A stretch of 64,000 nt of DNA from NCBI GenBank assembly GCA_900088475.1, contig FLMG01003815.1:62001-126000 (forward strand), written 5' to 3'. Source of the stretch: Hyphochytrium catenoides (Eukaryota; Protista; Hyphochytriomycota). Shown here piece by piece: positions 37,517 to 50,737 of this stretch. Position numbers and translations under genes: made by a program. Under the pieces are notes generated by a model. The model was not told the DNA's origin. It worked only from the letters and a program-made list of their open reading frames with translations, and made no database searches. Positions within the stretch are counted from its first letter, which is position 1. Every line of letters starts with the position of its first letter.

Positions 37517-40500
37517 ATGAGTTTGTTTGCGGCGGCAGGAGAACGTCCCACTTCTAAGGCCACTGCCGGGAATGAGGTTCAGGAGGGGGCCAGAAAAGCC
37601 ACAAGCTTCCGTCTAACGAGAGAACAGCTGGAAGCTATCCAAAGAAGACAGGTTAGTGGACTCTTTCAAGACGCTATTTCACCAATCATTCCATGCTGAT
37701 CCCGCTCCGAACAGGACGCGTCCTCGTCCTCTTCTGACAGTAGCGACAATGACAGCGGACGGGCCTATAATGATAATGAGGACAGAAAAAGAGCTAAGGA
37801 TCAGGCGCACCTGACGCAGCAAAGGCGCAAGGAGAAGAGAAGGGAGAAGAAAAAGAAGAAGGAGAAGAAGAATGAGAAGAGAGAAAAGAAGGAGAAGAAG
37901 AAAAAGAGTAAGAAGAAATATGAGCAGGATCAGGACAAGCGTCAATCGGCGAAGACCGTTGACCCTAGGAAAGAAGATAAATCTAGAGACCACCAAGAAC
38001 TGACTCTGGCACTTCTAAGTGGCAGCCAAGAGCTGGCTGCTAAGAGAATGGGCGAGAGCCTCTCCTTGGTCGCCCGTAGTGACTCCACTCAACCCTTAGA
38101 GGGAGTTTTTGAAGAGGACAGGGGCTGTGACATGAAGAACTTAGCGTATGGCAGCCTCTACCGAATGAATGTCCCAGCCTACTACATCTCTCACGCGCCT
38201 CACCACATCGTCGGCTTCAGAAGCTTGCCTGGGGCTCTGCGACGGGAGCTCGTGGCACAGGCAGTGGAAGGTCCAGCCAAAGCCTCAAATCAACCTCGTT
38301 ACTATGCGCCAGAACGTGTTATGGACTATGCGGACGAGACCCTCCGACGCTTAGATCTCTCAGCGAGCATGAAGAGAAAGCGGAGGCTAGAAGAACAAGA
38401 AAGTGCTACGGAGAACAAACGGGGAAAACCAGGAGAGTCCAAGATGTCCGATGAGAAGGAGGACCTGGGAAACCCCGCAGCTGGGGCCAGTCACCTTAAC
38501 TTCATTCCCCTGGATCCTTTTGTCGTTCCTGAAGCCCATCAGCCTGCCGAAGCTGAGCTAGGTCGCACTGCAGTGGACCAGGTGGTAGACAGGGAAATCT
38601 ATGGCGTTAGCGACTTAGAAAAGAGAGAGGAGAGATTTCTGCAAAAGACGAAGGAGTTCAACGAGAAGCTAAGAGACAGGCCTTCAGAGGTGCAGCTGTG
38701 GTTAGACTTTGCTGCTTTCCAGCACGAGGCCTCATTTATGAGCGGAGCTAGAAAAGAGAACCGCAGAGGTAGGGAAGCTGTCCTTTTACGCTCTCCTTGG
38801 CAACGTGCGCCATTCTAATTTTTACTTTAGGAATATTGGAGAAGCAAATCTCTATCTTGGACAAAGCGCTAGTGAAGAATCCACAGAATCTATCGCTTAT
38901 CCTCGCCCGTCTCCTGCTCACATCTCAGCTTCACGAGTTCGAAGCGGTACAGGAGATATGGCGGAACTTTTGCCTCCGCCTTTCCTCTGTGGAAGGGCTC
39001 TGGGCAAGCTTTCTCAGTGCCAAGGCCAGGAGGTTCTCTTCTTTCTCTTTAACCATGATGAGGGAGGAGTATAGGGCAGCGTTAAGGATTATCACGGGGG
39101 AACGAAGAAAGCTGTTGGCGAAGGTTTGATCTGATTGCTGGAAACCTCCTCTCACTTGTTTCACTTCTCCCCTATGTTTGTACGTGGTCTTCTTTGCTCG
39201 TTATCCCGATCCTACTGCTCGCTGACTGTACAGCTCGCCTGCTCCTACCTGCACTTCCCTTATCCCTTCTCGGGTCAGCCAGCTTATGTGGTCGTGCTCT
39301 TTGGTCTGCATTCAGGCAAAAGCTAACGGTGAAACGGTCATGGAATCAGACTCGCTTCTAGAGAAGAAGGAGACGATTTTAGAAGAAGCGCAGCTACTCA
39401 TTTTCTTTCGGCTCTGCTACCTGGAGCAGCAAGCAGGTTACACGGAGAAAGGGACAGCATTACTCCAAGCTCTAGGAGAGTTCAACCTTGGTTATAAACT
39501 CTCGTCATCTCCCTCTGCCAGGCATTGGGTGGAGGTGGACTCCATGAGTCAAAAGCTCTCTGACTTCGAGGACTACTGGGAAAGTGAGGAGCCACGTCTT
39601 GGTGAAGAAGGTTCTCTAGACAGTAACTGGGCTACCTTTCAGGAGAGCAGGGGACACCCTAAAAAAGATGTCATTAAACCGAAGCACGAAGAAGACGCCT
39701 ATCGCAAGAGTGCCTTGCAGGAAGCCTACAAGAAGGCTTCAACAACTCTACAGCCAGGCAGGGATTCATCATCTCTTGGCATGGCTAGCCACCTCGAAGC
39801 CTTGGAATCCGCAAGCGAACCATTTCCTTCCTTTGCGTCTCTGGAAAGCGCGCAACATCTCAAGCCGGGAACGGAGGTGGAACAGGATGTAACAAAAGGG
39901 GAAAAGACAGAGATAACCGCGACTCAACGTCTTATTCTTCGGGCGGAGGGTGCTCGACGCCCAAGAGCTGCTGACTTCTTTCAGGGAGACGGTAAGTCCA
40001 CTCATTGATACATTATCCTCTTCCTCCTTTCGGTCTTTTCTGTTTCCGTTGTGAAATAGGAAATACCAACAAATCTGCGGTATCCTACTCTCTTAGTGCG
40101 ATATGCTGTCTGCCAGCTAATAATCCGTCCCCTTTGCAGTGACGGATGAGGAAGAGGAAGACGAAGGGGATGAATATGTCTATAGTGTCGTGCATGGGTA
40201 TCGTATTCCAGTCAAGAAAGAGGAGGACACTACGGCCGAGTATAAAAGAATTCTCAGTCAGCTAAGAAAGGATGTGAAGCTGGAGGAAGAACTGAGGAAG
40301 AGGCAAGAGAAGAGGCGCGAAAGAGAGAAGATGGGCAAAAGGCGAGGACGGCGCTCGGATGCGCCCGAAGATATAGAGGCACGCTATCCGAGTCTCCCAC
40401 TAGATGATCCTATCCGCAGTTGGGCTCTTAATGAGCTGCGAAGAGAAGAACAGGAGTGGATGCCTCTAAAAGCATCCACGTTTGAGTACAAAGATGGCGA

Positions 40501-43445
40501 GAAAGAAGAGGAGGGAGGAGAGGCCAATTTAGCGGAGGAGGAGCCAGAACGGGTCATATTCTTTGACGATATCAGAGATTTCATTTTCCCTCTATCGCCA
40601 CCACTCCATTTCTGTCTGGCACATGGCTTCTTGGAGTATCTGGGCGTGTCTATCAATTTCACGCGCTTCGGATCCTCGTGCTCGCCATATCGCGCCGCTA
40701 AGACTCAAGCTATGGAGGATCGATGGATGGGTGAAGGTACGGATGGCCAGGGATACTTTATCTTTGTGCTACTCAGTTCGTGGGCCTTCTGCGAGGTATC
40801 CAACTTATTTCAAACGGTAATTTCTTTCTCTGTTGTCTCAACATTGGCCTACTGCCAAGTCTTCTATTTTTATCATTAACCTATTCCCTTACGACCTACA
40901 CAGAACTAACAACCCTGCGCTTGTGCTGCTCTCATATCATCACCTTATCCGCTATGCCCATATAGTGAATGACATGGATCTCCTGGTCGACCCGGTGGAC
41001 TCTTTCTTCGATTCAAAGCCCTTCAGCGCTAATAATTCTCCACGGGAGGTGGTGACCCTCTTCGGATGCTTTGACGCTACGCTCCGGGTAGAGGAGAAAG
41101 CTTTACGCGACCAATGGAGGATCCGGGCAATCAGGAACATTCTTTATCGATGTTTCTCTGCTTTTGAGGAGCATTCTCAGGGACCGCAAGAATCAAAGCC
41201 AAGAGGGAACAATGCCTCCCCCACTTCAATTTTTCAAGCAGCGCTCATTGCCTACGAAGGAGAGGTGGCAGCCTCTACGGCAAGAGTAGGACTTGTTGAG
41301 GGTCCGGCGACTGACGAAAGAGCACAGAAGGCTATGGAAAGATCTCGCGACGTTGCTAAGGCTCTCTTAAAAGCAACGGAGCGAAGTCGCTTTGACCTTA
41401 AGCTTTGGCTGGCTTACGCTGCCGTAGAGGCGAGATTCGGTATGTTGGGTTTGATTCTCTTTGGGGAGTCGCATGTCTTGTCTAGCTATCTATCTTCCTA
41501 TCGATAGACTGTGACGAGACACTTTTCGCTTTTATAACTCTGCCTTCTGCCTCTACCGCTACATGAGCAAAACCCGACGCTTCTAACTTATGTACTCAAG
41601 GGAACGGTATAGAGAGCGAACGTGTGCTGGAGACCGCTCTCTCTTTTCTTCCTTCGTTGGAAGGGCATGCACAAGATGGCGTCGCTCGTACTGCTTGGAG
41701 CCTGGCCCGTTTGTTTCTCTGGACTGGGGCACTGAGTACTGCTGTGCGCACGGGCAACAAAGAGCAACATTTAAGCATACGTACGTAGCCTAAGCTGTAG
41801 ATCCCACGAAGCCGTAGATCCCAGTTCTCCTACGTCACCTTCGATTCCATGTACCTCCTCACTTACTGCCACTAGACCGTCCATTTACCATCCTCTTCCC
41901 GGCATTGCAGGCTCCAAGCACGGTACCGAGAAGTGGTTGGCCATTAACGCCCTTCTCGCACCTGTGGAGGGACAATATCGTATACCTGAAAAGACAATGG
42001 AGAAGGACGAGCTCTTATCTTCGCTGTCTTTACCTAGTCGCATGGAGAGAGCGAAGGAGTTATTCGAAGGCCACATCCACCGCACTTTCTCCTCCATGAG
42101 CAAGGACACAGAAGTTTACCATGACATCCATTCTTTTTGCTACCAAGTCGCCTGCTATTCACTTTTCCAGTACTTGACGAAAGGCTACCACGCAGCTCAT
42201 GAGGTTAGCACCTTCCTATCTAACGCACTTCGCAGAATTCTGACTTGATTGCGATGTCTTATCTCTAGAGTTTCACTTTACATAATCGTCTTACCCTCGC
42301 TGTCGACCGTTCTTTTGCCCTTTAGGTGTTTAGGATCAACAACGATAAATTGCAGGGTCTATTTTCAAGACGTGAGGATAAAGCACGGTCACCCCTGAAC
42401 AGACACGAACAGTCGCAGGAGTGGCTGCTCACGGCGTGGCTAGAGCTACTGGCACACCATCGTCGCGAAGAAAGAGAAGCTGACAAGGGGTTGCAACCCC
42501 GTGTGATCGAGGATCTTGGTCATCGAGAGAGCTCACTCACCCTTCTCCGACAAGCATTAGGCATAGCGTTGGACAGATTTCCATCTTCACCGTTGTTCCT
42601 TCGACTGTTCGCCGACACGGAGAGAGACTTTCGGGCTGCTCGACGGCTCCAGACACATTTTCAGCGGATACTTCGTCGGTCACTCCTCTCGACTGGGCCT
42701 ACGGCTCCACAATGGCTGTTTGCACTCTACACGGAGGTATCTAGAGCTTTTGCAGAGCTTCGGCAGCAGGCACTTTCAAAATCTATGAATCCCGAAAGAC
42801 ACTATGACGACATGGGCCAAGGGGATGGTCCTCTTGCTAATGTATGGGAGTTAAATGCGGCTGCTATTCAGCGCATCCGCCGACTATTCGAAACAGGCGT
42901 TGATAGCTTTGACGGCCAAGGCAAGTGCATTGATGACATTACGAATTGGGTTTGGGTCAGAACGCGGCTCCGCCGTTCATCTAACGGCCCTTATATTCCT
43001 TACTTGAAGTCGACCTCTATTCCTATTATCTGTCCTCAATCTTTGCCATAAGTCCTTACTGACATGAGATCTCAACTGAAACCTCATCGCTACGAAAGCA
43101 ACGCTTAGTGTGAGTAAGTCTCAACTGAAACCTCATCGCTACGAAAGCAACGCTTAGTGTGAGTAAGTCTTCCCCTCTGACCCTTTTTCGCTCCTCCACC
43201 CTTCTCCCTCAGCTCTGGTGCTTTTCTGGAGGCTGTATGTCAAGTTCGAGCTCAGCGTTCGACGGCCCTCCCGGGCTAAGTCAATCTTTTTCAGGGCGGT
43301 ACACCGTTGTCCCTGGAGCAAAAGACTGTGGATAGATGGCCTTACTGCACTCAGAAGGTTTATGACGGAGGCAGAATTGAAGGATATAGCTGACCTTATG
43401 CTGGCCAAGGAGATTTACCATCGGCAAGCACCCTTGGAGCTCTAA
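37517..43445 (+). CDS. NRDE2: NRDE2 homolog (nuclear RNAi / nuclear exosome regulator, HAT repeats), multi-exon
   Basis: MSLFAA start, K/E-rich NLS-like region, DRGCDMKNLAYGSLYR..VPAY, KTKEFNEKLRDRPSEVQLWLDFAAFQ, LEKQISILDKAL, LEQQAGYTEKG..LQA..EFN, FEDYWESEEPRLGEEG, EEPERVIFFDDI, LFWRLY, FFRAVHRCPWSKRLWIDG and DLMLAKEI. Confidence 0.93.
43070..43170. repeat. Perfect 49-bp tandem duplication inside the last NRDE2 intron
   Basis: tctcaactgaaacctcatcgctacgaaagcaacgcttagtgtgagtaag at 43070-43118 and 43119-43167. Confidence 0.95.
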
Positions 43446-43648
43446 AAGCAGAAGGGAGGATGATAGAGCTGCAAGTGCCAGTCCACAAGGCGGAGCAGTA
43501 CCAAGAAAGGTGGATAGCCTGCCCTGGAATAGCATCGAAGAATAGCACATCAACCTTGCGAAGACTCCAGACGTGTCCTCTGCCATATCAAGACCAATGG
43601 CCACCAAGCTTCCTTTAGGAAATACTTTTCATATCTATTTATTTAGGA

Positions 43649-45768
43649 CTAGTCCTGCTTCTTTGCCACGACATTATGTAGCACGCTGTCAATAAACTTC
43701 GACACAGCTAATACGCCCCCTGGTGACGGAAGGTAAGAGAGGCAAAGTTAATGATGACAAAGGGGGAAGTGAGATGGCGTATGCCACCTACCGACGATAG
43801 CGCATAGTCTCGTAAGCAGCAGGAGAATGGAGGGACGAGCCTCCTCGTACTCAACCAATATCGGCGAGAACTCATAATGGAACCAGACTCCTACAGCCAC
43901 CATTGAAGATGAAGTACGGAGATCACTTATGGAAGGGATATTTTAGATGGACGGGCGTCTAGGGAGAAGCTGGCATATGGAGCAAAAGGTAAAAGCAGGA
44001 AAAAAGGGTTGAGCTAGAGATTAAGAGAGACGGAATAGGCAGAAGGACGGTTATGGGTGCCTAAGATCACGTAGACGGTGGATCGTCAGACCTGGGACGA
44101 CTACTTTCAATAGAGAGAAAAATCCTTCGTGCTGGAACTCGGTCACAGAGTATTGGTTCGTGTTCACCCGTCGTCCGTAGAAATGCTTGTACGTTGTGGG
44201 CACAAGCTTCACGTAGTATGAATACTTGCCGATCACTGAAGGAAAAGGCGAGAGAGGGGAGAGTAAGGGAGTGGGGAGATCCCTAATGCGGTAGAGAATC
44301 CTCCCACCTCAAAAGAGGTTATTCAGGAAAGATCCAGAAGAATCTAATCAGAAAGGATTACAGATGGTCGAGAAGATCCAATTCATATATGGTCACGAAG
44401 TGTGAAAGCATTGCTGTCAACTGGTCTTACGGCTCTCATCTCCTAAGGTCTTGGTCACCCCGTTAAGTGGATAAGTTAACGTGGGGATGTGCGGCCCAAA
44501 GGACAGATGATGGATAGTATGCGAGGTATTGAAGGTCACCATTTCTCCCTATGTTGGATAAAAAACGAATGGGGAGAAGATCGAGTTTCGTGTGAGGAAG
44601 GGTGAAACCGGGTATCAAAGGTTGACCCATCCAAATTGGAAGATATGACCAGGATGGAAGAGAGAGGAGGAACAAAGAAAGCCGAACCCGCGAGGAGGAA
44701 AGAGGCGACGAAGAAAAAACTTGAGAAATAGTAAGATATCGAGCCGACTTCGAGGCACGAGGGAGGGAGGATGGAGAGGACACAGCAGGAGCCTAGAGCC
44801 CCTGTGCGGAAGCAAGCAGCATTCTACGGCGTCAAGCACTTACAAATGAAAACTGGTACTGCTGCCCATCAAAACGCCCACAAACGATGTGGAAGTTGCC
44901 AGCTACTTTGTTTACCTCCAGATACCCACTCACTCGGCAGCCAGTCTCCTCGCCCTGGATATTGAACAGAGGTCTCTAGGGAAAGCCATGGTATGAGGAC
45001 ACTGCCTGGGACCACGAAGCATTCTTTGGTCAATCACCTGTCGAATGGAGTCGGTCACGGCAGCTTTGAACTGTCCTTTCTGGTCTTGTACGTCTACATT
45101 CAGTCCTATGGAACAGGCACAATAAGTTGATCACATAGAAGTTCGAGGACCAAGACCCAAGAGACACGTTATAGAGAAGTGGCAAAGAAAAAGCCTTGAA
45201 AAAATAATGAAGTAAGGCAGGAGATAGTAGAGACTAAGTAGAAGAGCCAATGGACTGAAGTCGCAAAGTAGAAAAACTGAGACAAAAAGAGGAATAAAGA
45301 GATATAGAGTGATGCCGCAGTTAGGATTAGAGCGAGAAAAATTTCTAGGGGCATCAACTGACTTGAACAGATAATCTCCGGAAAGGAGATATCAAGATCG
45401 ATTCTCGTCTTCGCGTTGCCCTGCTGATGAAGTGAGAACAAGGTGGAAGGGATGATTAAGTCAATCCTCCGAATGTCTAAGACTTGTGGCCCTCATAATA
45501 ACCTCGTACCTGATTTATATCCACTTTCATGTGGTGTGCCACTTCTATCGAGAGAAAGAGATAGAGTTCGTTCAAGACGAGCACCAGCGCCAAAAACGCA
45601 CCTACTAGGGTCACTGCCAAGTAGAGAATTGGGGGTAGATTAACTGCCTCGTTCTTTGCTATAGCTTGGACTCTAATGTCATCTACCTGCACCGCCTGCA
45701 AGTGTCTTTATCTGTACGCCCTCGATGCCTTTGGCATAGGCGTCAAAGTTCTTGAGGGCAAACTTCAT
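43649..45768 (-). CDS. ER-Golgi intermediate compartment protein (ERGIC3/Erv46 family), multi-exon
   Basis: MKFALKNFDAYAK..KTLAGG, TM VTLVGAFLALVLVLNELYLFL, RIDLDISFPEIICS, GKYSYYVKLVPTTY..TNQYSVTEF, GVWFHYEFSPILVEY and LLTRLCAIVGGVLAVSKFID. Confidence 0.9.
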
Positions 45769-47776
45769 TGTTCAATGGGTTTCGTCCTTGCAGCAATGCT
45801 ATCGCGCTGACACACGCAGCTCCAGCCCGTATATAGTTGTTGTCAGAAGTTGCTGGCAAGGGGGCATGCGCTAGATTGGCATTGAAACAAAGTGGAGCTC
45901 ACTAAGCGAGGTCTCTGGAGCCGAGGGATGCGGTTATAACTGAGAAAGGCAGAGGCCAGCTGGCTCCTTCGCTCTCTTCGACCTCTACTTCTTCGATCAA
46001 ATCTCTGCATCATGTCTCAAGCATGATGGCATCGGTGTTGTATGTTGTGTGTCCTGTTTGTGAGGTGTTGTAGCATTAGCGGCTTCGAACCCATGGGTCG
46101 CGCAGGTGGAGAGTCCAATAAACCTGGGTACTACCCGATCACCTCCTGCCCATGATGGCCCTATGGTAAACGTTCATCACCTTCTTCTTCATTGCCTTGG
46201 TGTTGCTTACTTGTTTGATGATGACCCTGAAAGCTGATTAGTTCTACTGAGGACAAGGGCGGGCTCTGGCGTGTGATGGTGCTGCTGCTGCGTCCTGTGT
46301 AAATCGGACGGACGGACGACAGCCCGATAAACAAAAATAGTAGTAGGTACCACTCCTACTACTACTGCCGTCGAAGCTTGACAATCCATGTTGTTTATTG
46401 TTGCTTTGTGCGAATAGCGGGGCCGGAGCTTGTACAACTAAGGGAACTATGACGAGCTCGCCTTGTCTGCATAGATAACTAAGCTTATTATTGTTCTTTG
46501 TCGTATTTCCTTGCGAGAACCCCGGGGGGCGGCTGCCCCCGCGCGGGGGAGGGGGGATAGTATAGTGTGAAGTAATGAAGGGGCAGGTCACATTAAATCT
46601 CTTTCTGGGCAGATAGATAAGGGTAGGCGGCACCAGTGGGAGGAGGTTGATTCCATTATCGAAGGAGGAGGTACATCATGCTTAACTGTGTGCTGCACCA
46701 CCACGACACGCACTCATAAAGAAGATATCCCCACTTGTTTCCTCGTAGAGATGTGACCCAACAACTCCTCTACAATAATGAATTGTTGCTAGCAGCAAGA
46801 ATTCAGCCAGTTGTACCGACGGACCGAGCGATACCAGCGCGCTAGAGTGCTTGACTAGCTTGTCTGTCTCACAAACCTACCGCGGACAATTAGAGATGTT
46901 CTCCAGGCCTGATGATGCTACATCTTCGGGTGGGAAGCGTGATAGAGAGAGAAGTCAATCTTCATGAGGATATACAACTGAACACCATTCTAGTAGTAGT
47001 GGACACCAGGGAGAGAAGGTGGTGCTACCCTTCTCCCCTTTGTAGTAAGAAACATGATTTAGCCAGAGGATGGGAGGAGGATGACAACTGTTGTCGCAGC
47101 CAAGAGGACCAACTGGACGGGCAGGATTGAGCTTTCTGCAACAACCACTTCCTTCTTTGGCGGTTTCTCTTTGGATCCTGTGTGGTCCGTGCGAGGGTCC
47201 AACTTATTCTTCTGCTCTCTCCACTACTAGTTCCGTCGTCAGTTCGTCCACTCCTCCTCCTCCATTCTTCCCATCATGTGTGCTTCCTTCTACGATCTAT
47301 TTTCCAGTCCTACTACTTCTTCATTATCTTCCCTCTGTTCCCGTCGCTCTCTAAGGCACTGCTTTGTACCTCTTCTTCACAATGACTTACCTCCTCCCTT
47401 GGTAGTGTGCACTTCTTCGAGCTTTCTCACTGCTTCTCCACTCTTCATCAGGGCCCGAGTAGGATCTTCAAGGTCACGGCAGCACAGGTTCGGATGTGAG
47501 CTTGGGGCCTATTATTGCGATAGGATATGGGTTTCAGAGGATTGTCTAGGGTATTACTACGGCCCAAGGGTATCCCTTCGTTTGACAGGTGTCAGCTCAC
47601 GTCAGGGCGGATTCTGACGTGCACCTTCACCCTAGCGTAGTAATAGTCGGTTGGGTCTAGCAGTGGGCCCCTGCGAATGGGGTAGTAGTAATATCACTAA
47701 GAGGCTGCCAACTATTTGTACACTTGAAGACTGTCTTGTCGTACCACTTGAAGAGCTTATTTCCCTCTCTACTCTT

Positions 47777-47861
47777 CCTCTCTCTCTCTCTCTCTCGCTC
47801 GCTCGCTCTCTCTCGCGCTCACTCTCTCTTACTCGCTCTCTCTCTCGCTCTCTCTCTCTAC

Positions 47862-47920
<59 letters not shown>
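47777..47920. repeat. (CT)n/(GA)n microsatellite, imperfect
   Basis: About 140 bp of ct dinucleotide run upstream of the monooxygenase gene. Confidence 0.95.
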
Positions 47921-47922
<2 letters not shown>

Positions 47923-48135
47923 GCGCTCTGCACTTTCTTGCTTACACCAGGCACGCTTACCTCTTTTTCCTTCCCATTGTCTATCTTTCCATCTTGGCTT
48001 CAGTTGCCTCAAACGTCCCTTGTACCGCCGCTCCGCACTGCACAACCCTCTTTTCTGTTAGAACCCTCTCTTCTTACATAAAGAAGCACGAACTGCTTGG
48101 CGGAGGAAAGCGATTGGTATCAAAAGAGAGGAGAC

Positions 48136-50396
48136 ATGGTGAAGAGAGTGACATATCCGAATGGCGAGACTCCACGTATCTGCATCATAGGCGCAGGGTA
48201 AGACTTGGCGCAGTCCACCAGAAAGAATGAGTCTACCTGACATTCACAGCTAACGTGGCCTTCGAAAGCTTCTCAGGATTGGGTGCGGCAATCCAGCTCA
48301 AGCNNNNNNNNNNNNNNNNNNNNNNNNNNNNNNNNNNNNNNNNNNNNNNNNNNNNNNNNNNNNTGGTCAATACGTACCCTGGATGCGCTTGCGATATCCC
48401 CAGCCATTTGTATAGCTTCTCCTTTGAACCTAACGCAGGCAAGATACACTGATAGCTAGCGCTTGACTAGCAATGTTGATTATTCCGAAGGCTTGCGTTG
48501 CTCTGGCATCTTCTTTCTCTTACCTTCCTTTATCTCTCGCCCGTGAAACAGTCATATGATGGGAGGCTTCTAATGGTGACTTCCTTGCTGCTTTAGGTTG
48601 GAGCAACAATTATGCGTCACAGCCAGAGATATGGCGCTATCTGCGCGGTCTAGCCCACAAATATGGACTTTATGAGCGAACGAAGCTGAAGACTCAAGTA
48701 TTGTCCGTGTGCTGGGAGGAGGAGTTGAATAAGTGGCGAGTACGAGTTAGAGACCTTGAGACCGAGGACGAAGAGGAATACTTATTCGACATCGTGTAAG
48801 AGCTTGCCCCGGTTTTTTTGACATGCTGAGTTCTATTCTTCTGTCCAATAGTCCTCCACGTGCATTGGAGTACCAGGGCCTCCTTGCTGCCCATTTCCAT
48901 TCTCTTGGTGGAGTCCTCTGTGTATGACGACTCCTAAGGTTAGTTGGCTGTAGGATAAATGGACCGGGAGGTCTTCGAGTGCCCAACCTACCGCCAGAGT
49001 TTAGGGGCTTCAAGGGGCCAACCATGCACTCCGCAGAATGGGACAACAGCATAGAAATAGACAACAAGACGGTCGCCGTGGTGGGCAGCGGGGCAAGTGC
49101 CATCCAGATTATCCCTGCTATTGCCAAGAGGGTGAAAGATCTGCATGTATATCAACGGAGAGCCGCTTACGTCGTTCCTCGCGCACAGTTTCCCTTTCCT
49201 TCCGCTGTACAATGGATTTTCCGCAGTTTACCCTTGGTTATGAGGCTGTATCGAACGTTTATATTTCTGCTCAACGAGTTGCGCTTCAATGCCTTCAAGG
49301 TTAAGACTTCCCTTAGCTCCGCAGGTGAGTGGACCGAGAGCTGGGGAGGATCTACTTTGTCACATTTCCACCCTTAAGTTCCTCAGGTTGCTCACGGACA
49401 ACCCACCCGTAAAAGTGTATCTTCTTACACTGCCTGCTCTTTCTAGCCACTCAGCTTTCAATAGATCACCTGAGGAAGCAGATCCCCGATAATGAAAAGC
49501 TGCGGCTGAAGCTCACTCCCAACTACCCCTTTGGTTGCAAGCGCGTGGTCACTTCAGGCGACTATTATCCTGCTCTTGCTTTAGCTAATGTGCACGTCCA
49601 TGTCGGCGCGATCAAGGCGGTTGATGAGAACCACATTGTCTCGGAAGACGGAAAGAGGGAGCACATTGATGTAAGGAATGTTGGGCATGGCGCTGATAGG
49701 TGTGCTCTGACATATACTAGCGTCGATATTCAGACAGATGAGCCTAGAAGACCCAGTGCACACCCTCTAACATTCCGTTCTCACTGGCTCGCGCTATCTT
49801 GCTAATACTACGACGACACCTCTAGGTCTTGATCCTAGCCACTGGATTTCGCATTCAAGACTATTTCAAGCCAATGAAGGTGGTTGGGACAAACTCTGAG
49901 GACATCGTCGTGTCTTGGATCAAGGACCATCCGCAGTGCTATTATGGTATCACCGCGGTTAATGTGCCCAACCATTTTATGTTGTTGGGTCCCAACACGG
50001 TAGGTGATTGCAAGTGCCGCCTAGGACAGAGTGAGAGAACGACAAAGACCGAGATAGGCCAGGAGAAGACTGAGACATGCTTACACTCTCTACCTCCAGG
50101 GTTTGGGCCATAACTCAGTTATTTTTCTGATTGAGTGCCAAGTCAACATGATCGTATCTTTGATAGGAGAAATGATGAGAAGAGGCGCACACCGCCTAAC
50201 GGTGAAGCAAGAAGCTCAGAACCGATGTCAAGAGAGAATCTTCTCCAGAATGAAGGAGACAGTGTGGGGGAACTCAGAGTGCGGGTCCTGGTATGCCAAT
50301 GCCCGGGGACAAATTACAACTTTGTGGCCAGAGAGCTGCGTCTCGTACTGGAGACAGACAAGGACAGTCAACTATTCAGATTTCACTTTTGAGTAA
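48136..50396 (+). CDS. Type I Baeyer-Villiger / flavin-containing monooxygenase (multi-exon; N gap 48304-48363)
   Basis: ICIIGAG|FSGL (FAD Rossmann), NTYPGCACDIPSHLYSFS, BVMO fingerprint FKGPTMHSAEWD, VVGSGASAIQ (NADPH Rossmann), GCKR, LATGF, PNHFMLLGPN and CGSWY..G....LWP. Confidence 0.93.
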
Positions 50397-50737
50397 GCTA
50401 GGGTACTTAGCGAGCCTACATATTCTCAACCCTAGCTGATCTCCGGCTCAGCAGACGCCGCTGCTGCCTATGTGTTCTCACAGTGTCTCACAGTGTTGGC
50501 TGTTCAAATGTCACCAATGCACCTTAAGCGCAATAGTTGCTGCCCTCACCATACCTAACGAGTAATATGCATACACTGTTTTCGAGAGCCGAGTAGTGGT
50601 AGAGCCGAAAATGTCAGGCAAGCACTAATTGAAGCTGATCCTAATGATCAAGACCGCCCGGGAAAGTTAATAGATGTAAGCTTCATGCTTATATTGCTGC
50701 ATAGAAACAGGAGAAAAGAGAAAGAATTATAGGAGAT

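Noticed and set aside
37820-37925. GAA/AAG-rich repeat
   Set aside because: It encodes the Lys/Glu-rich segment of NRDE2 and is not a separate element.
46070-46140. Minus-strand GGTTCGAAGCC B-box-like motif suggesting a tRNA or SINE
   Set aside because: No acceptor stem, D arm or clean anticodon arm could be folded.
47632-48230. Long ORFs rich in ER/SL repeats (also 57278-57824 and 58498-59116)
   Set aside because: They are artefacts of GA/CT microsatellites and N gaps.
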